Shown: one piece after another, positions 11,908 through 23,838 of the stretch | Layout of the letters: the number at the start of each line of letters is the position of its first letter | Position numbering within the stretch: position 1 is the first letter of the stretch | Assembly (NCBI RefSeq): GCF_001194135.2 | Contig: NC_068999.1 | Span: 48,633,549 to 48,670,410, forward strand | Reading direction: 5' to 3' | Source: Octopus bimaculoides | Lineage: Eukaryota | Length of the DNA stretch: 36,862 nt | Notes under the pieces: generated by a model | What the model was told of the DNA's origin: nothing | The model's input: the letters and a program-made list of their open reading frames with translations, nothing else | Database searches by the model: none | Made by a program: the position numbers and the translations under genes

Positions 11908-12577
11908 ATAATAACCTTCTTGTTAAACATATTCTGGTTTCCAACTATATTCAACAAGATAGTTTCAAATGTACTTACAACAGATGTAACACTTGTCCTA
12001 ATATATACATAATGCTATAACTGTCACAGGCCCCAAATCTCATTACTAAATCACACAAAACTTCAACCGCCATTTTGTTATCATATTTAAACACCGTGAC
12101 TCTCTCTTCATGGGTGATCACATCTCTGAACGTCTTTGCAGGTTTATGAAACATACTTCTGGTCTATCCAAGGCTAAACCTTCCAACACACCTGATCACT
12201 CAATTTACCACCTCTTGGTGTCTAACATTGTAGCATTTCTGCCCACTGGCGGACATCATATTCCTGAAATAATAAGAATGACACATTTTGTTTTCCCTTG
12301 AACTTTTTCTTCTTGGGACCTAAAAGAATGTTTCTCCTCTTCCCTCTACCATCTCACCACCACCCACCTATTGGTTTGTATGTACGTTACCATGAATGTC
12401 TCCAGTACAATACTTTCCGTTGTGTGGAGGTGCATGCTGACATTATGATGCTAGTCAAGGACATAGCTTCTACTGTCCATGCGCACATGTAGCCGCATGT
12501 ATATTGGTGTACATCTGTGCCTCTATTGTCTGTGTGCATGCCTGTATTCGTGATGTTCTGCCTACTGTTTGCCTCAC

Positions 12578-12615
<38 letters not shown>

Positions 12616-12766
12616 CTAATAGCACCTGTGATACTACTGACGAGAATTTCGTTTTGATCACTCACCTTGCCTACAAATTAATTCCCTCCCTACCTTTCAT
12701 TAACCGTTCCTTACTGCTTTACCTTTCCCTGCCCCATTATTCTTACTTTCTCTCTCTCTCTCTCTC

Positions 12767-13050
12767 NNNNNNNNNNNNNNNNNNNNNNNNNNNNNNNNNN
12801 NNNNNNNNNNNNNNNNNNNNNNNNNNNNNNNNNNNNNNNNNNNNNNNNNNNNNNNNNNNNNNNNNNNNNNNNNNNNNNNNNNNNNNNNNNNNNNNNNNNN
12901 NNNNNNNNNNNNNNNNNNNNNNNNNNNNNNNNNNNNNNNNNNNNNNNNNNNNNNNNNNNNNNNNNNNNNNNNNNNNNNNNNNNNNNNNNNNNNNNNNNNN
13001 NNNNNNNNNNNNNNNNNNNNNNNNNNNNNNNNNNNNNNNNNNNNNNNNNN
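12767..13050. other. Assembly gap (284 N) flanked by (CT)n and (CA)n
   Basis: Run of N. Confidence 1.
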
Positions 13051-13515
13051 CACACACACACACAAAAGTAAACCAACTTTAGTAATTTATACTTTTATAC
13101 AAATAGATACATTCCTTTATGCACCTGTTATTCTCATTGATCTTTCTGGCTTCATTGTTCAATCTTCCTCAGTAATTGATTGTGTCCTGTCAAAGAGCTG
13201 CTTGTATTATTACTATCTTGCTGCTATCATTCCATTACTACGTCACCCAAGAATAGTTATCTTGTCTGTAGTTTCCACCAAATTATCAGCAAAAACTGAT
13301 TTAGATGACTACATTGAAACACAATCACCTTTCTTCTGATGAGCAAGCAAAAGCATTATCACAATATCTTCCAATAAAACAATATTCAATCAAGCTGTGT
13401 CACTCAAATCATGACTCAAACTTCTTGAAACCAAAAACAGACAGCTGACCTTTTGTTGCCATGGTCAATGTATCACACACATCTAAAATAATAATAATAA
13501 TAATAATAATAATAA

Positions 13516-13875
13516 TCCTTTCTATTATAGGTACAAGACCTGGAATTTGGAGGGAGAGAAGACTAATCAATTACATCAACCCTAATACACAACTGGTACT
13601 TATTTTATTGACTTCAAAAGGATGAAAGTTGAAGTTGGCCTCAGCAGAATTTGAACTCAGAATGTAAAGCTGGAAGGAATACTGCTAACCATTTTGCCAG
13701 CTTGCTGCCTTGATAATGATTCTTTCCACTCTAGGTTCAAAGCTGAAATTTATGGAGAGGGGGAAAGTGAATTTCATCAATAATAGTGCTCTACTAATTC
13801 TTATTTTATTAACCTCAAGAGGATGAAAAGGAATAGTCAACCTCAACAGAATGTAAAGCCAGAAAAAGTGCTATA
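13516..13875 (-). mobile_element. Two tandem SINE family A copies (about 13516-13712 and 13720-13875)
   Basis: The first copy has AACTGGTACTTATTTTATTGAC..GGATGAAAG..GAATTTGAACTCAGAATGTAAAG. The second is colinear and more diverged. Confidence 0.7.
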
Positions 13876-13944
13876 TACATGTGTGTGTGTGTGTGTATTA
13901 CGTACACACGTAATACATATACATATATATATAAATATATATAA

Positions 13945-14158
13945 AAGGTGCGTGGCTTACATTGCCCCAGTCCACCCAGCTGGCAAAAATGAGTAGTACC
14001 TGTATTTCAAAGGGCCGGCCTTGTCACGCTGAGTCTCCTTGAGAACTACATTAGGGGTCTGTGGATTGCTCAGTCACTTGCACGTTAATTTCATGAACAG
14101 GCTGTTCCGTTGATCGTATCAGCTGGGACCCTCATCGTCATAATCGACGGAGTGCTCC
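13945..14158 (+). mobile_element. SINE family D copy with most of the tRNA head deleted
   Basis: GGTGCGTGGCTTA joins directly to CATTGCCCCAGTCCACCCAGCTGGCAAAAATGAG; the remainder aligns with the tail of 19492-19810. Confidence 0.8.
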
Positions 14159-14459
14159 TATATATATATATATATATATATATCATTCTGGTAAGGGTTA
14201 TAGTTGTTTAGGGCTTTCTAGTTTTTCGTGGAAGTTTTGTGGTATATATTAAAACATACTTTGATACTGTATGGACTAAGTTCCCTACAGTTTCTGCTAC
14301 ATGGATATTAGGATTCATATTTTACTGAGGGGCATAACTTATATTCGTTACATTAATTAAAATTGTTGAGGGTATAATAGGTCCCTGGCTCTAAATCTGG
14401 TAAAGGATATTCTTGTTTAGAAGTTTCTAGTTCAGAGAGGTCTTGTTGTCTACATACAT

Positions 14460-14464
14460 CAAAC

Positions 14465-14521
<57 letters not shown>

Positions 14522-14552
14522 TATATATATACATGTATACATACATGCATAC

Positions 14553-14582
<30 letters not shown>
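14460..14582. repeat. (TA)n/(TACA)n microsatellite
   Basis: Direct. Confidence 0.95.
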
Positions 14583-14583
<1 letters not shown>

Positions 14584-14652
14584 CCCTATCTTAACGTGTA
14601 TAAGGAATCCCCTAATTTTGGGGGTTTAAAATTTGGAAAAAAGGTTTTGTAA

Positions 14653-14765
14653 NNNNNNNNNNNNNNNNNNNNNNNNNNNNNNNNNNNNNNNNNNNNNNNN
14701 NNNNNNNNNNNNNNNNNNNNNNNNNNNNNNNNNNNNNNNNNNNNNNNNNNNNNNNNNNNNNNNNN
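14653..14765. other. Assembly gap (113 N)
   Basis: Run of N. Confidence 1.
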
Positions 14766-14798
<33 letters not shown>

Positions 14799-14819
14799 CA
14801 CACACACACAAAGATCATT

Positions 14820-15470
14820 TGGTAAATGATTTTGAGCTCAGAGCATACAAACCAGTAAAAAAAAAAAGTCTCAGTTGAGCAACAAAAATTTTCGAGATAG
14901 GATTAAATTTTGCAAAAGATATGAGCATTGAACACCACTTGGATGGATCAAAGTAATGTTTAATGATGAAACGTTCTCAGTACAGTATTTATCAACTTCA
15001 AGTAAGAATAGTAAAAGATGACCGCTTGAATGAAAGGTATACATCAAAAACTTTTCATTCTGTACCGACAGTTATGATTTGTGGGGTAGCTATTTCAGCC
15101 CAGGGTAGATGTGGATTGCATTTTGTGCTCAGACAAACAACATTAAAAGCAAAAGATGTTCTAAAAATCTTAAAAGAAAAAAGTGCCAAGATTTATGGTA
15201 GCTAGAAATTGCTTGATTATGTGACAATATGGTGCTCCAATCCACTCAGCAATGATGGTTAAAGAATGATTTAAAGAGCAACAGTTTTACTTCTTACAGG
15301 GATGGCCAGGAAATTCTCTCAATTTAAACTGCATTGAAAATTGGAGCCTCCTTAAAATATAGCTTCATCAAAAGCAGTCATCAAATTACCAAGAAATGGT
15401 GGATGAGGTAAAGACAATATGGGTGACCAAGATAACACCAGAATATTGCCAGAAGCTCATGGAATCCATA
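14820..15470 (+). mobile_element. Tc1-like DDE transposase relic
   Basis: Interrupted peptides DRIKFCKRYEH*TPLGWIKVMFNDET, TVMICGVAISAQGRCGLHF, M*QYGAPIHSA and WPGNSLNLNCIENW match the Tc1 motifs W..V.FSDE, VMVWG.IS, QDGAPCH and WP..SPDLNPIE. Confidence 0.8.
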
Positions 15471-15884
15471 CACACACACATACATATATACATTTATATA
15501 TAAACACACACACACACATATTTGCACGGTGACAGAAATAAATTATTGGTGTTTTGATCCCTCGTTAAATGTATTCAAAATACCAATAATTGGTTTCTGT
15601 TATTTTTCAAATACTATGGGATTTACGTTTGTGACAACACTCCAACCTACCTTGGCATGAATAATATAATTACAATACAACATGTGCCACATGGATACGG
15701 CAACAGAATATTGATCTAAGCATTGGCTCTTAGATATCAGGTGAAGTAGATTGCATTAAGCAAACTGCAAGACAAACAGACAGACAGACTCACTTGCTCA
15801 CAGGTGCACAAACAGACAGGTGGGTAGGCAGACAGACAGTTGAATAGATAGGCAGAAGGATGAAAGGTGGATGGGTGGATGTAG

Positions 15885-15938
15885 AGAGAAAGAGAGAGAG
15901 AGATAGGGATGGACAGAGAGAGAGAGAGAGACAGGGAG

Positions 15939-15977
<39 letters not shown>

Positions 15978-15978
15978 C
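15885..15978. repeat. (AG)n/(GATA)n microsatellite
   Basis: Direct. Confidence 0.9.
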
Positions 15979-16200
15979 GGACAGACAGATGGACGGACAG
16001 CCAGATAGATAGTTCAACTCTTTCCTGGACACTCCTTTTAATCTTTATCTGATAATTCTGTGTAAAGACTTGTTATTGTTTTTGCTGCGTAACCCTGAAC
16101 CACATATGCCATAATCAAAGACTCTCCATCCATGAACGTCCTGTCTCTTATTCAAATACAGTATATCTAGCACTTAACAATATCTTGTACATCCCTTTGT

Positions 16201-16405
16201 GAAGGCATGTGACCAAGTGGTTAGAACATTGGACATACAATTTTTAGGTCCTGGGTTCTTTTCTTGGACGGGGCGTCATGTTTGTGTCCTTGAGCAAAGT
16301 GATTCACATCATATTCCTCCAGTTTACTCGACTGAAAAGAATACAAGCAGCAGCAGCAGCAGCAGGGAATCAACCCTGCAATGAACCGCTTTCCTGTTCA
16401 AGCAT
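16201..16405 (+). mobile_element. tRNA-headed CORE-type SINE (family D variant), diverged
   Basis: GAAGGCATGTGACCAAGTGGTTAG head, TGTGTCCTTGAGCAAAG core, and tail AACCCTGCAATGAACCGCTTTCCTGTTC resembling the tail at 29782. Confidence 0.55.
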
Positions 16406-16513
16406 GGTATAGTACCATATACTTTCAGTAGATGAAACACCTTGGACATCAGATCAGTCTGCAACATGATGAGACTATGGGCACATTACAGTTTTATATA
16501 TCATTCTTTCATT

Positions 16514-16610
16514 TTAAACCCTTTTGTTGCCATATACACACCCACCGTTTCAATAGATTTTGAAAACAATGAAGAATTCGGTAAAATAACTTTGTCATTA
16601 TTAATCCTGT
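16514..16610 (+). mobile_element. Left-end fragment of a piggyBac-like non-autonomous element
   Basis: Begins TTTTAAACCCTTTTGTTGCCATAT; its internal TTTCAATAGATTTTGAAAACAATGAAGAATTCGGTAAAATAACTTTGTCATTATTAA resembles 34535-34590. Confidence 0.4.
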
Positions 16611-16613
16611 ACA

Positions 16614-16838
16614 AGGCGGTGAGTTGGCAGAATCAATAAGCATGCCGGGCAAAATGTCAAGTAGCAATTCATCCGTCTTTACGTTCTGAGTTCAAATTCT
16701 CCCAAGGTCGACTTTGCCTTTCATCCTTTTGAAGTTAATAAAACAAGTACCAGTTGTGCTGAGCAATGGGGTCGATGTAATTGGCTTATTTCTGCCCCCA
16801 AACCTTTCGGCTTTGAGCCTAAATTTGAAATCATTATT
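16614..16838 (+). mobile_element. SINE family A, near full length
   Basis: AGGCGGTGAGTTGGCAGAATC head, B-box-like GAGTTCAAATTC, body GGTCGACTTTGCCTTTCATCC..GTACCAGTT..GGGGTCGATGTAAT, and an (ATT)n-like end. Confidence 0.85.
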
Positions 16839-17042
16839 AACTGTTTATTACATACTATGTACTTAAAGCAACAAACCAAACAAATGCCTGAATTCAGTGT
16901 TCTATGTAAATACTGGTTACTTAATTTACTACATGTCTGACTAATGCCTTTTTATGCAAACCAGAACAGCTGTTAACGTTGTATTCTGATAAGCTATTGT
17001 TCACTTACTCACTCTCTGTATGTATGTATCTATATATATATG

Positions 17043-17160
17043 TTGAATGCAGAAAATTTATGAAGGCAAGAAAGGAGTGAAGTGAGCATGCTCCACTGGA
17101 TGTGTAATGATAATGTGTATAAATGACGAAGCACAAACGAGCTGAGAGAAACACTGAACG
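17043..17160 (+). repeat. 118-bp direct duplicate of 17373-17490
   Basis: Direct: 2 mismatches in 118 bp, offset 330 bp. Confidence 0.95.
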
Positions 17161-17740
17161 AGTAGTTGGTGGATATTGTCATCTAGGAAACCTAATTAAT
17201 AGAGAGGGTAGGTGTTCTGAAAGCATAGCAGCCAAAGTAAGAACTTGTTGAAGAAAGCTCAGGGAGTTACTACCTCTATTGGCAACAAATGTCTTCTCCC
17301 TCGGTGTGGAAGGGCATATTGTATGATGCTTGCATGCAAAGTGCAGTGCTACATGGAAGTGAGACATGGACCTTGAATGCAGAAAATCTATGAAGGCAAG
17401 AAAGGAGTGAAGTGAGCATGCTCCACTGGATGTGTAATGATAATGTGTATAAATGACGAAGCGCAAACGAGCTGAGAGAAACACTGAACGTGAAAGGAAT
17501 CAAGTGTGGCATGCAAGAAAGAAGACTGCAATGCAGTCGGGCAGACGTATAAAGATGTGCTGTACACTTGAAGTAAGTGGAACCCGTAGAAGAGGGAGAC
17601 CAAGGAATGCTCGGGATGAAGTAGTGAAGACGAATCTGATGATGTTACACCTCACAAAGGAAACAATGGATATGGTTGACTAGTAGTATGCTGTGTGGCA
17701 GAAGACACACTTGTCCATTCAACCATGGCAAAACAGACAT
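17161..17740 (+). mobile_element. RTE-clade LINE 3' fragment (decayed)
   Basis: Peptides VVGGYCHLGNLINREGRCSESIAAKVRTC*RKLRELLPLL, AVLHGSETWTLNAENL*RQERSEVSMLHWMCN, KCGMQERRL and EVSGTRRRGRPRNARDEVVKTNL match RTE YLG / LYGSETW / RGRPR motifs. Confidence 0.85.
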
Positions 17741-17749
17741 TAAAATTGT

Positions 17750-17965
<216 letters not shown>

Positions 17966-18780
17966 CGTCTGCCTACTGTCTAGTTTACATCATTTATCTC
18001 TTTGATATCCTTTTATCTCTCTGACACCCATATCACTCACCCCTCTATCTCTTGCCCCTTACATAACACACTTCTATCACTCTGTTGCCCAGACCTTTCT
18101 CTCTCTTGCTTTCGCCTCCTACACCCACGCCCCTATTACTCATCCCTCACTCACTCCCTGATTTCATCACTCGCAGTGTATTATGCTGTTTGTATGACTA
18201 ACAATGACTGTGACTTTCTCTCTTCTCTTTTCCATACAATACACTCCGTCTCTCTCTCTCTCTCTCTCTCTTACTTTACAATCTTACATCTGTACCTTTA
18301 TTGTTCCTCTACAGTTTTGCCATACATTGCATTCTTTTACCTATACCCATTGCTCATCTCTCAATCACTCCGTCCTCTTCCTAATCTTCACTGTACTCTG
18401 ATGTGATTGAAGATAGCAGTGGACCTTTTTTACCATATATTACTTCCTGCCAAGATGCCACTGCACCTATTCTAACTGTCTCCCACTCACTCTACAGTGC
18501 AGCTCTCTGGTATAGAACCCACCTACTTTCCATTCACCATGCTACCACCCTTATCACTCAACCTCTCCAGCCCATCTCATTGCTCACATGTTGGTGGCCA
18601 TGTCCGGTAAGTTTACCATCATCAATTCACCGGGGGTTTTTTTTTTGTTTTTTTTGGGGGTTTTTTTTCAATAAAATAGTTTTTAACTATTAATGGTAAG
18701 ATACTATGGATATATTTTCTCATTTGTTTATATATAAATATTTATATATATATATGTATATACATATGTATATATGTGAA

Positions 18781-19108
18781 ATTGTAGTTGTGATCCCCAT
18801 GCCGGTGGCACATGAAAAGCACCATCCGAACATAGCCGATGCCAGCACCACCTTGACTGACTTCCATGCCGGTGGCATGTAAAAAGCACCAACTAATTGT
18901 GGTCCTTGCCAGCCTCCTCTGACCCCTGTGCTGGTGGCACGTAAAAAGCACCCACTACACTCTTGGAGTGGTTGGTGTTAGGGAGGGCATCCAGTCATAG
19001 AAACACTGCCAGATCAGACTGGAGCCTGAGGCAGCCTCCTGGCTTCCCAGACCCCAGTCGAACCGTCCAACCCATGCCAGCATGGAAAACGGACATTAAA
19101 CGATGATG

Positions 19109-19110
<2 letters not shown>
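18781..19110 (+). mobile_element. Repeat family E (SINE-like, (ATG)n tail), long copy
   Basis: Three internal GC(C/T)GGTGGCA..AAAAGCACC subrepeats at 18801, 18868 and 18930, then GGTTGGTGTTAGGGAGGGCATCCAG..CCAACCCATGCCAGCATGGAAA..ATGATGAT. Confidence 0.85.
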
Positions 19111-19142
<32 letters not shown>

Positions 19143-19145
<3 letters not shown>

Positions 19146-19270
19146 GTTTTGGTATGGTTTCTTCAGCTGGATTCTCTTCCTAATGCCAACCACTTTACAG
19201 AGTGGACTGGAGGCTTTCTTTCATGACACTGGAACTAGAGAGGTCAACAAGCAACTCACAAGACAAAAGG
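19143..19270 (-). mobile_element. Repeat family E fragment, inverted relative to 18781-19110
   Basis: CAGCTGGATTCTCTTCCTAATGCCAACCAC is the reverse complement of the family E core. Confidence 0.7.
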
Positions 19271-19491
19271 AAAGGTAGGGTAGAAGAGAGGGCGGTGATA
19301 TTACATCAAGTGTCTTGCCCCCCCCCCCTAACCAGCTCCTGTCAAACCAGATGACGATGATGATGATGATGATAGGATGAAGTACGATAGAGCAACAGGC
19401 ATGGGTGTCTCACTATAGGGAAGATACACAGCCACCCTGCATTATATAAGGGTTGATAGACGTATATATACATATATATATTTCTACGTGT

Positions 19492-19810
19492 GAAGGCACA
19501 TGGCTTAGTGGTTAGGGCATTCGGCTCACAATCGTAAGGTCATGAGTTCAATTCCCAGCAATGCATTGTGTCCTTGAGCAAGATGCTTCATTTCACATTG
19601 TTCCAGTCCACTCAGCTGGCAAAAATGAGTTGTACCTGTATTTCAAAGGGTCAGCCTTGTCACATTCTGTGTCATGCTGAATCTCCCTAAGAACTATGTT
19701 AAGGGTACACGTGTCTGTGGAGTGCTCAGCCATGTGCATGCTAATTTCACGAGGAAGCTGTTCCGTTGATCCGATCAACTGGAACCCTTGTCGTCATAAC
19801 AAGGGTGACA
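19492..19810 (+). mobile_element. tRNA-derived CORE-type SINE (family D), full length
   Basis: A-box TGGCTTAGTGG 19501-19511, B-box-like GAGTTCAATTCC 19544-19555, and a CORE-like block 19567-19629 resembling the MIR core (TGTGACCTTGGGCAAG..CTGTAAAATGG). The head resembles tRNA-Arg. Octopus OR-type SINEs are known CORE-SINEs, but I did not verify the family assignment. Confidence 0.85.
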
Positions 19811-20052
19811 GCAACCATTCCTCTTCTAATGATGACATAAATAAATAAAATCTAAATGAAAATAAACTAAGAAATGAGAATGAATAATGGGGTGGCAGTG
19901 CTAAGCAGTGATCTGTATAAACGCAAGGTTATTACCAGTTTCAATGGGTTTGCGGCACATTCCTCAAGCATATTTGAATTGGAAATAAAAGAATGAATTG
20001 CCAAGCAGTTGAAGAATATGGTGTGGAAGTTTCATGTATTTTACCTTCCATC

Positions 20053-20265
20053 TATTATTGTTTAGCTTCAAGTTAGCCCTCATCGACCAGACTTTTGATC
20101 AAAACATTCCAAACCCAGCCATCCCATCTTTTTCCTAGACACAGTCCGCCTAAAACCACAATACGTAATATGTCCTTTCATTTTGTAAGACAGTAGAGTG
20201 TTTCAAAGGAGATCTAACTATTTCTAGCAAGCTGAGCAACCACAATAAAAAGCCTCTCTCGTTGG
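20053..20265 (+). mobile_element. Repeat family C, longer copy
   Basis: TTAGCCCTCATCGACCAGACTTTTGATCAAAACATTCCA..AAGACAGTAGAGTG..TATTTCTAGCAAGCTGAGCAACCAC. Confidence 0.6.
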
Positions 20266-20404
20266 CTTGTATGTTCAGCTGACTGAGCAGACCTCTGACC
20301 TCTGACCTCTGACCTATGACCAAAGGTAAACTTGTTATCATTCTGTTATTTTTGGTGTATGATGTAAATATATTTTGTTAGTCCTTCTTACCTCTTAAGA
20401 TGTC

Positions 20405-20614
20405 TTTACTTTTATTTGTTTAAAAAATTAGACTGGCCATGCTGGGGCACTGCCTTGGAACAGTTTTTCGTTGAAAGAATCGACCCCCAGTACTTTTTTT
20501 TTTCTTTTAAGCCTGGTACTTATTCTATTGGTCTTTTTTTTGCCAAACTGCGTTATGGGGGCATAAATGCACCAACACCGATTGTCAAGAGGTGATGGGG
20601 GACAAACGCAGACA

Positions 20615-20651
<37 letters not shown>

Positions 20652-20823
20652 CTTTACATACAAAGGATTTCTTTCAGTTTCTATCTACCAAATCCACTTA
20701 CAAGGCTTCAGTCGACCTGAGGCTATGATAGAAGACACTTTCCTAAGATGCCATGCAGTGGATCTGAACCCAGAACCATGTGGTTAAGAAGCAAGCTTCT
20801 TACCACACAGCCACCACGCCTGC
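20405..20823 (-). mobile_element. SINE family F (tRNA-like head, internal (TG)n), near full length
   Basis: The reverse complement starts GCAGGCGTGGTGGCTGTGTGGTAAGAAGCTTGC..GGTTCTGGGTTCAGATCC, then GGCATCTTAGGAAAGTGTCTTCTA (CORE-like); it aligns with 35770-36062. Confidence 0.8.
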
Positions 20824-23800
20824 TTTTTCTAGCAGGCTGAACGACCATGCAGAGGCTTTTCTATTGGTTCAAATGGGTCATTGTCCATAACTGACAAGAC
20901 AGCTAAATAAAACATCCTTTAGTTAAATAGATTTTTTTAATCTTTTTTTCACCATCATCATCATCATTTTAAAAACTCCTCATCTCCTTTGCTGTGCAGA
21001 TCTGCAACATGACAAATCACTACTCCTTTCGATTATATGTCATCTCAAATTTTTAAGACCCACCTTAAAATATAGGAAGAAAGCAAGGAAATGAGATCAT
21101 CCTGCATCTAACTCTACCACAAGTAACTTTCACTGTCATCATACAGCAGCATTTATTCGCCCAGCTGATGCAAGCTCTACCTATCCCATTGTACAGTCAC
21201 TTGTCTCTACATGAAAGGAGCTGCAGCATCTATGTGGTCATTCGACCTGCTAGAAACAGCAGTCAAATTTCTCTCAAACTTTATTCTACTCTCTTGAAAG
21301 GGGAGGAATGCACTGTGTAATGAAGACCTAGATACACTGTCTGAAAGAAAGAAAAAAAAAAGCTGGATGGCCATGGCTGGAATATCATTGTTCAGGAGTC
21401 CATTCAACCAGGGCTGGTCTGGAGTTAACATTGGTTGGTGTCTCTAATACCTAACTACTTTCGTGGATCCTTTGTAATCTGTCTTTTTGGGAAATTTGAA
21501 GTTGCATAGATTCATGTAAGTTTTGATATGTAAAATATTTGTAAGATTCATTTGGAGATGGCAAGAAAGTAATAGTGAGAACTGACTGTGTTGCTAGGAT
21601 ACCAGCTATAGATAAGATCTGTAGAAAAAGTAGAGTTATCCACTTTAAAAAGAAGCCACTGCATAACTGAAGGGCTGAGATCAAATCCACTTTATAGGAG
21701 TAAAAATTTGCCCTGAATAAGCTCGAAGTTAAGGTAGAATATCTTTCTACTTTTTGATAATTTGTAATATGGAACTTTTTTAAAGTTCCATCATATTGCA
21801 ATACCTCTTGATAACAGCAGTGGATGAAGAGGCAATAAATATAACACTGACAAGAATCTTCATAACTTGCTTCAGTTTGAAATATGGCTTAAAGCAATGG
21901 TTACTGTTTTCTGTTCTCAAATGAAGCTTTTACAAAACTGTAACAATTATATACAATTTAATCTATATTGGGAAACGTATCTGAAGACCACTATCTTACA
22001 GATTTTAGTTGATTTTTATTTATTTCCATTTTTTTCTTCTTTTTCTTTTCCTAACTTCAAGATTAAACTTTTTTTTCTTGATAGCTTATTCAACAGATGG
22101 GGAAAATATTTCGATGCTAGACTAATGGGAGATAACTATGAATACACTATTTCACAAATACATTTCCCCTCAAAAGTCTGTGCCGCCTTGTCCAGTATGC
22201 AACTATGACAAGGATTAAAACAGTGAGAGGTTTGGGTTTCCTTTACGGAACGGTGCTTCAGCAATTTACTCTTCTACTGAGTGCGACTATATATAAATAT
22301 GTATGTTTGCTTGCTTGCGTATTTGTGTGTTGCAGGAAAGAATCACAAGTTAAAACGAACACATATATTACCAAACTCCATAGCTAAATTGAAGATTACT
22401 TTATGTTGAAAGTATATCTTTATTGAAATTGTTGTGCTAGCTTCTAGACCAATGGATGCAACTTGATAAAAAAAAAATAATAACTTCACTAATACTTATA
22501 ATTGTTCGCATCTAGTAATCGCTTAATGATATACGCAAAAAAAAAAAACTACCGAAATCGCAAAAAAAAAATTCATGTAATGAAGTTCTCGTAAGGATTC
22601 CCAAAGATATGGACAAAATCTACATGTTATATTACGAAGATTCTTCAAATAGTGATTGAAAAAGTTGGAGATCTTTTCAAATTTTAAAGTTACACATCGT
22701 TGTAACTTCATACATTCTTTTGGTTGTGCTTTCATTATTATTTGAAGAATTATCAGAGAAAAATATTCTGAGCAAGCATAGAAGCCGGACTTATTTGTAA
22801 AGGTAGGAGTAATTTGACAGTTCTACAACTTGTTAGCGGGTACACAGTAAATGGTTGCTACAAATATTCTTTAGCGATGAACTTCACATCATTGCACTTT
22901 GGATGCTAACCGTTGACTAACTGGGATGTACGTTAAATCTGGACACGGACACAAGTCATGTAAGAAAATGAAAGGGATTACGCGATTCCCATATAAAACT
23001 TAGCGAAAAGTTGTTGATATATTTGTTAGATTCGATCAATTGGTCTAGATTCGAAGGTTAATTGCTTTTGATAAGAGAAGGAGAAAAAGAGAATTATCAC
23101 TAATAACTTATAAACAAGCTGTTATCAACCAACGTTCATTTGGAATGTGGAGCATGTTTCTCAGCATATCGACGAAAAATAACTAAGGATCCATTTAAGA
23201 GTAGATTAGAAAGTAACTAAACAGTTGTCATTTGAAACTGGTTTAACAGAGAAGGGAATCTTGTTAGAATGTCACTTATTACATCCAGTGTGTTTAACAG
23301 TATAAAGAGAACTGCAATAAAAAGGGAAACATTTTCGGCGAGTGTCCTTACGTGCACTCAGAATGAGTTCGAACTTAAGAAGGAACTTAGAAGTATAAGC
23401 CAATTGGCATCTTAAGTTTCAGAGTGAAGTGGGAGATGTTTGTGAAAATCTATTTGGCTCTCCAAATATATGCGCACAACTCTTGTAAGTTATTAAGAAT
23501 GAACAATCATCGATATTGTTAAAAGTTTGGGAATTTTGAAGTCTTCTACTGATGATCAATAGACTTTGTTCCTTCACCTTTGGACTAATCATACTAACTC
23601 GGGGACTGAAAGAAGAAAGAAAAACGAGATATTGACAGTTGTGTTTAAAACAGACAAAAGCAAAAATGATAATAAATAAAAGTAAAAATAATAATTCATA
23701 AATAAAAGTTTTAAAAAAAAGATAAATCGTGTCCCCCGACTGATAACAAGCAAATGAGTTATATCATTTTTGTCGACAGTTTGACTTTCTCGGATAGATT

Positions 23801-23838
23801 ATATAGGAAGAGCAACTGCCAAAGTAGCTGTTACCGTC

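Noticed and set aside
14583-14652. Odd homopolymer-rich sequence between a (TA)n tract and a gap
   Set aside because: It looks like a low-quality read end at a contig edge rather than biology.
18801-18952. Three spaced ~23-nt direct repeats resembling a CRISPR array
   Set aside because: Eukaryotic context, no cas genes, and the repeats are internal subunits of interspersed family E.
19492-19560. tRNA gene candidate (also 29634-29701)
   Set aside because: A and B boxes are present, but the anticodon and acceptor stems pair poorly and the sequence runs into a SINE core, so these are SINE heads.
23800-23806. TATA-like TATATAG upstream of the RDH start
   Set aside because: Only about 33 nt before the ATG, leaving almost no 5' UTR, and such motifs are common at this AT content.
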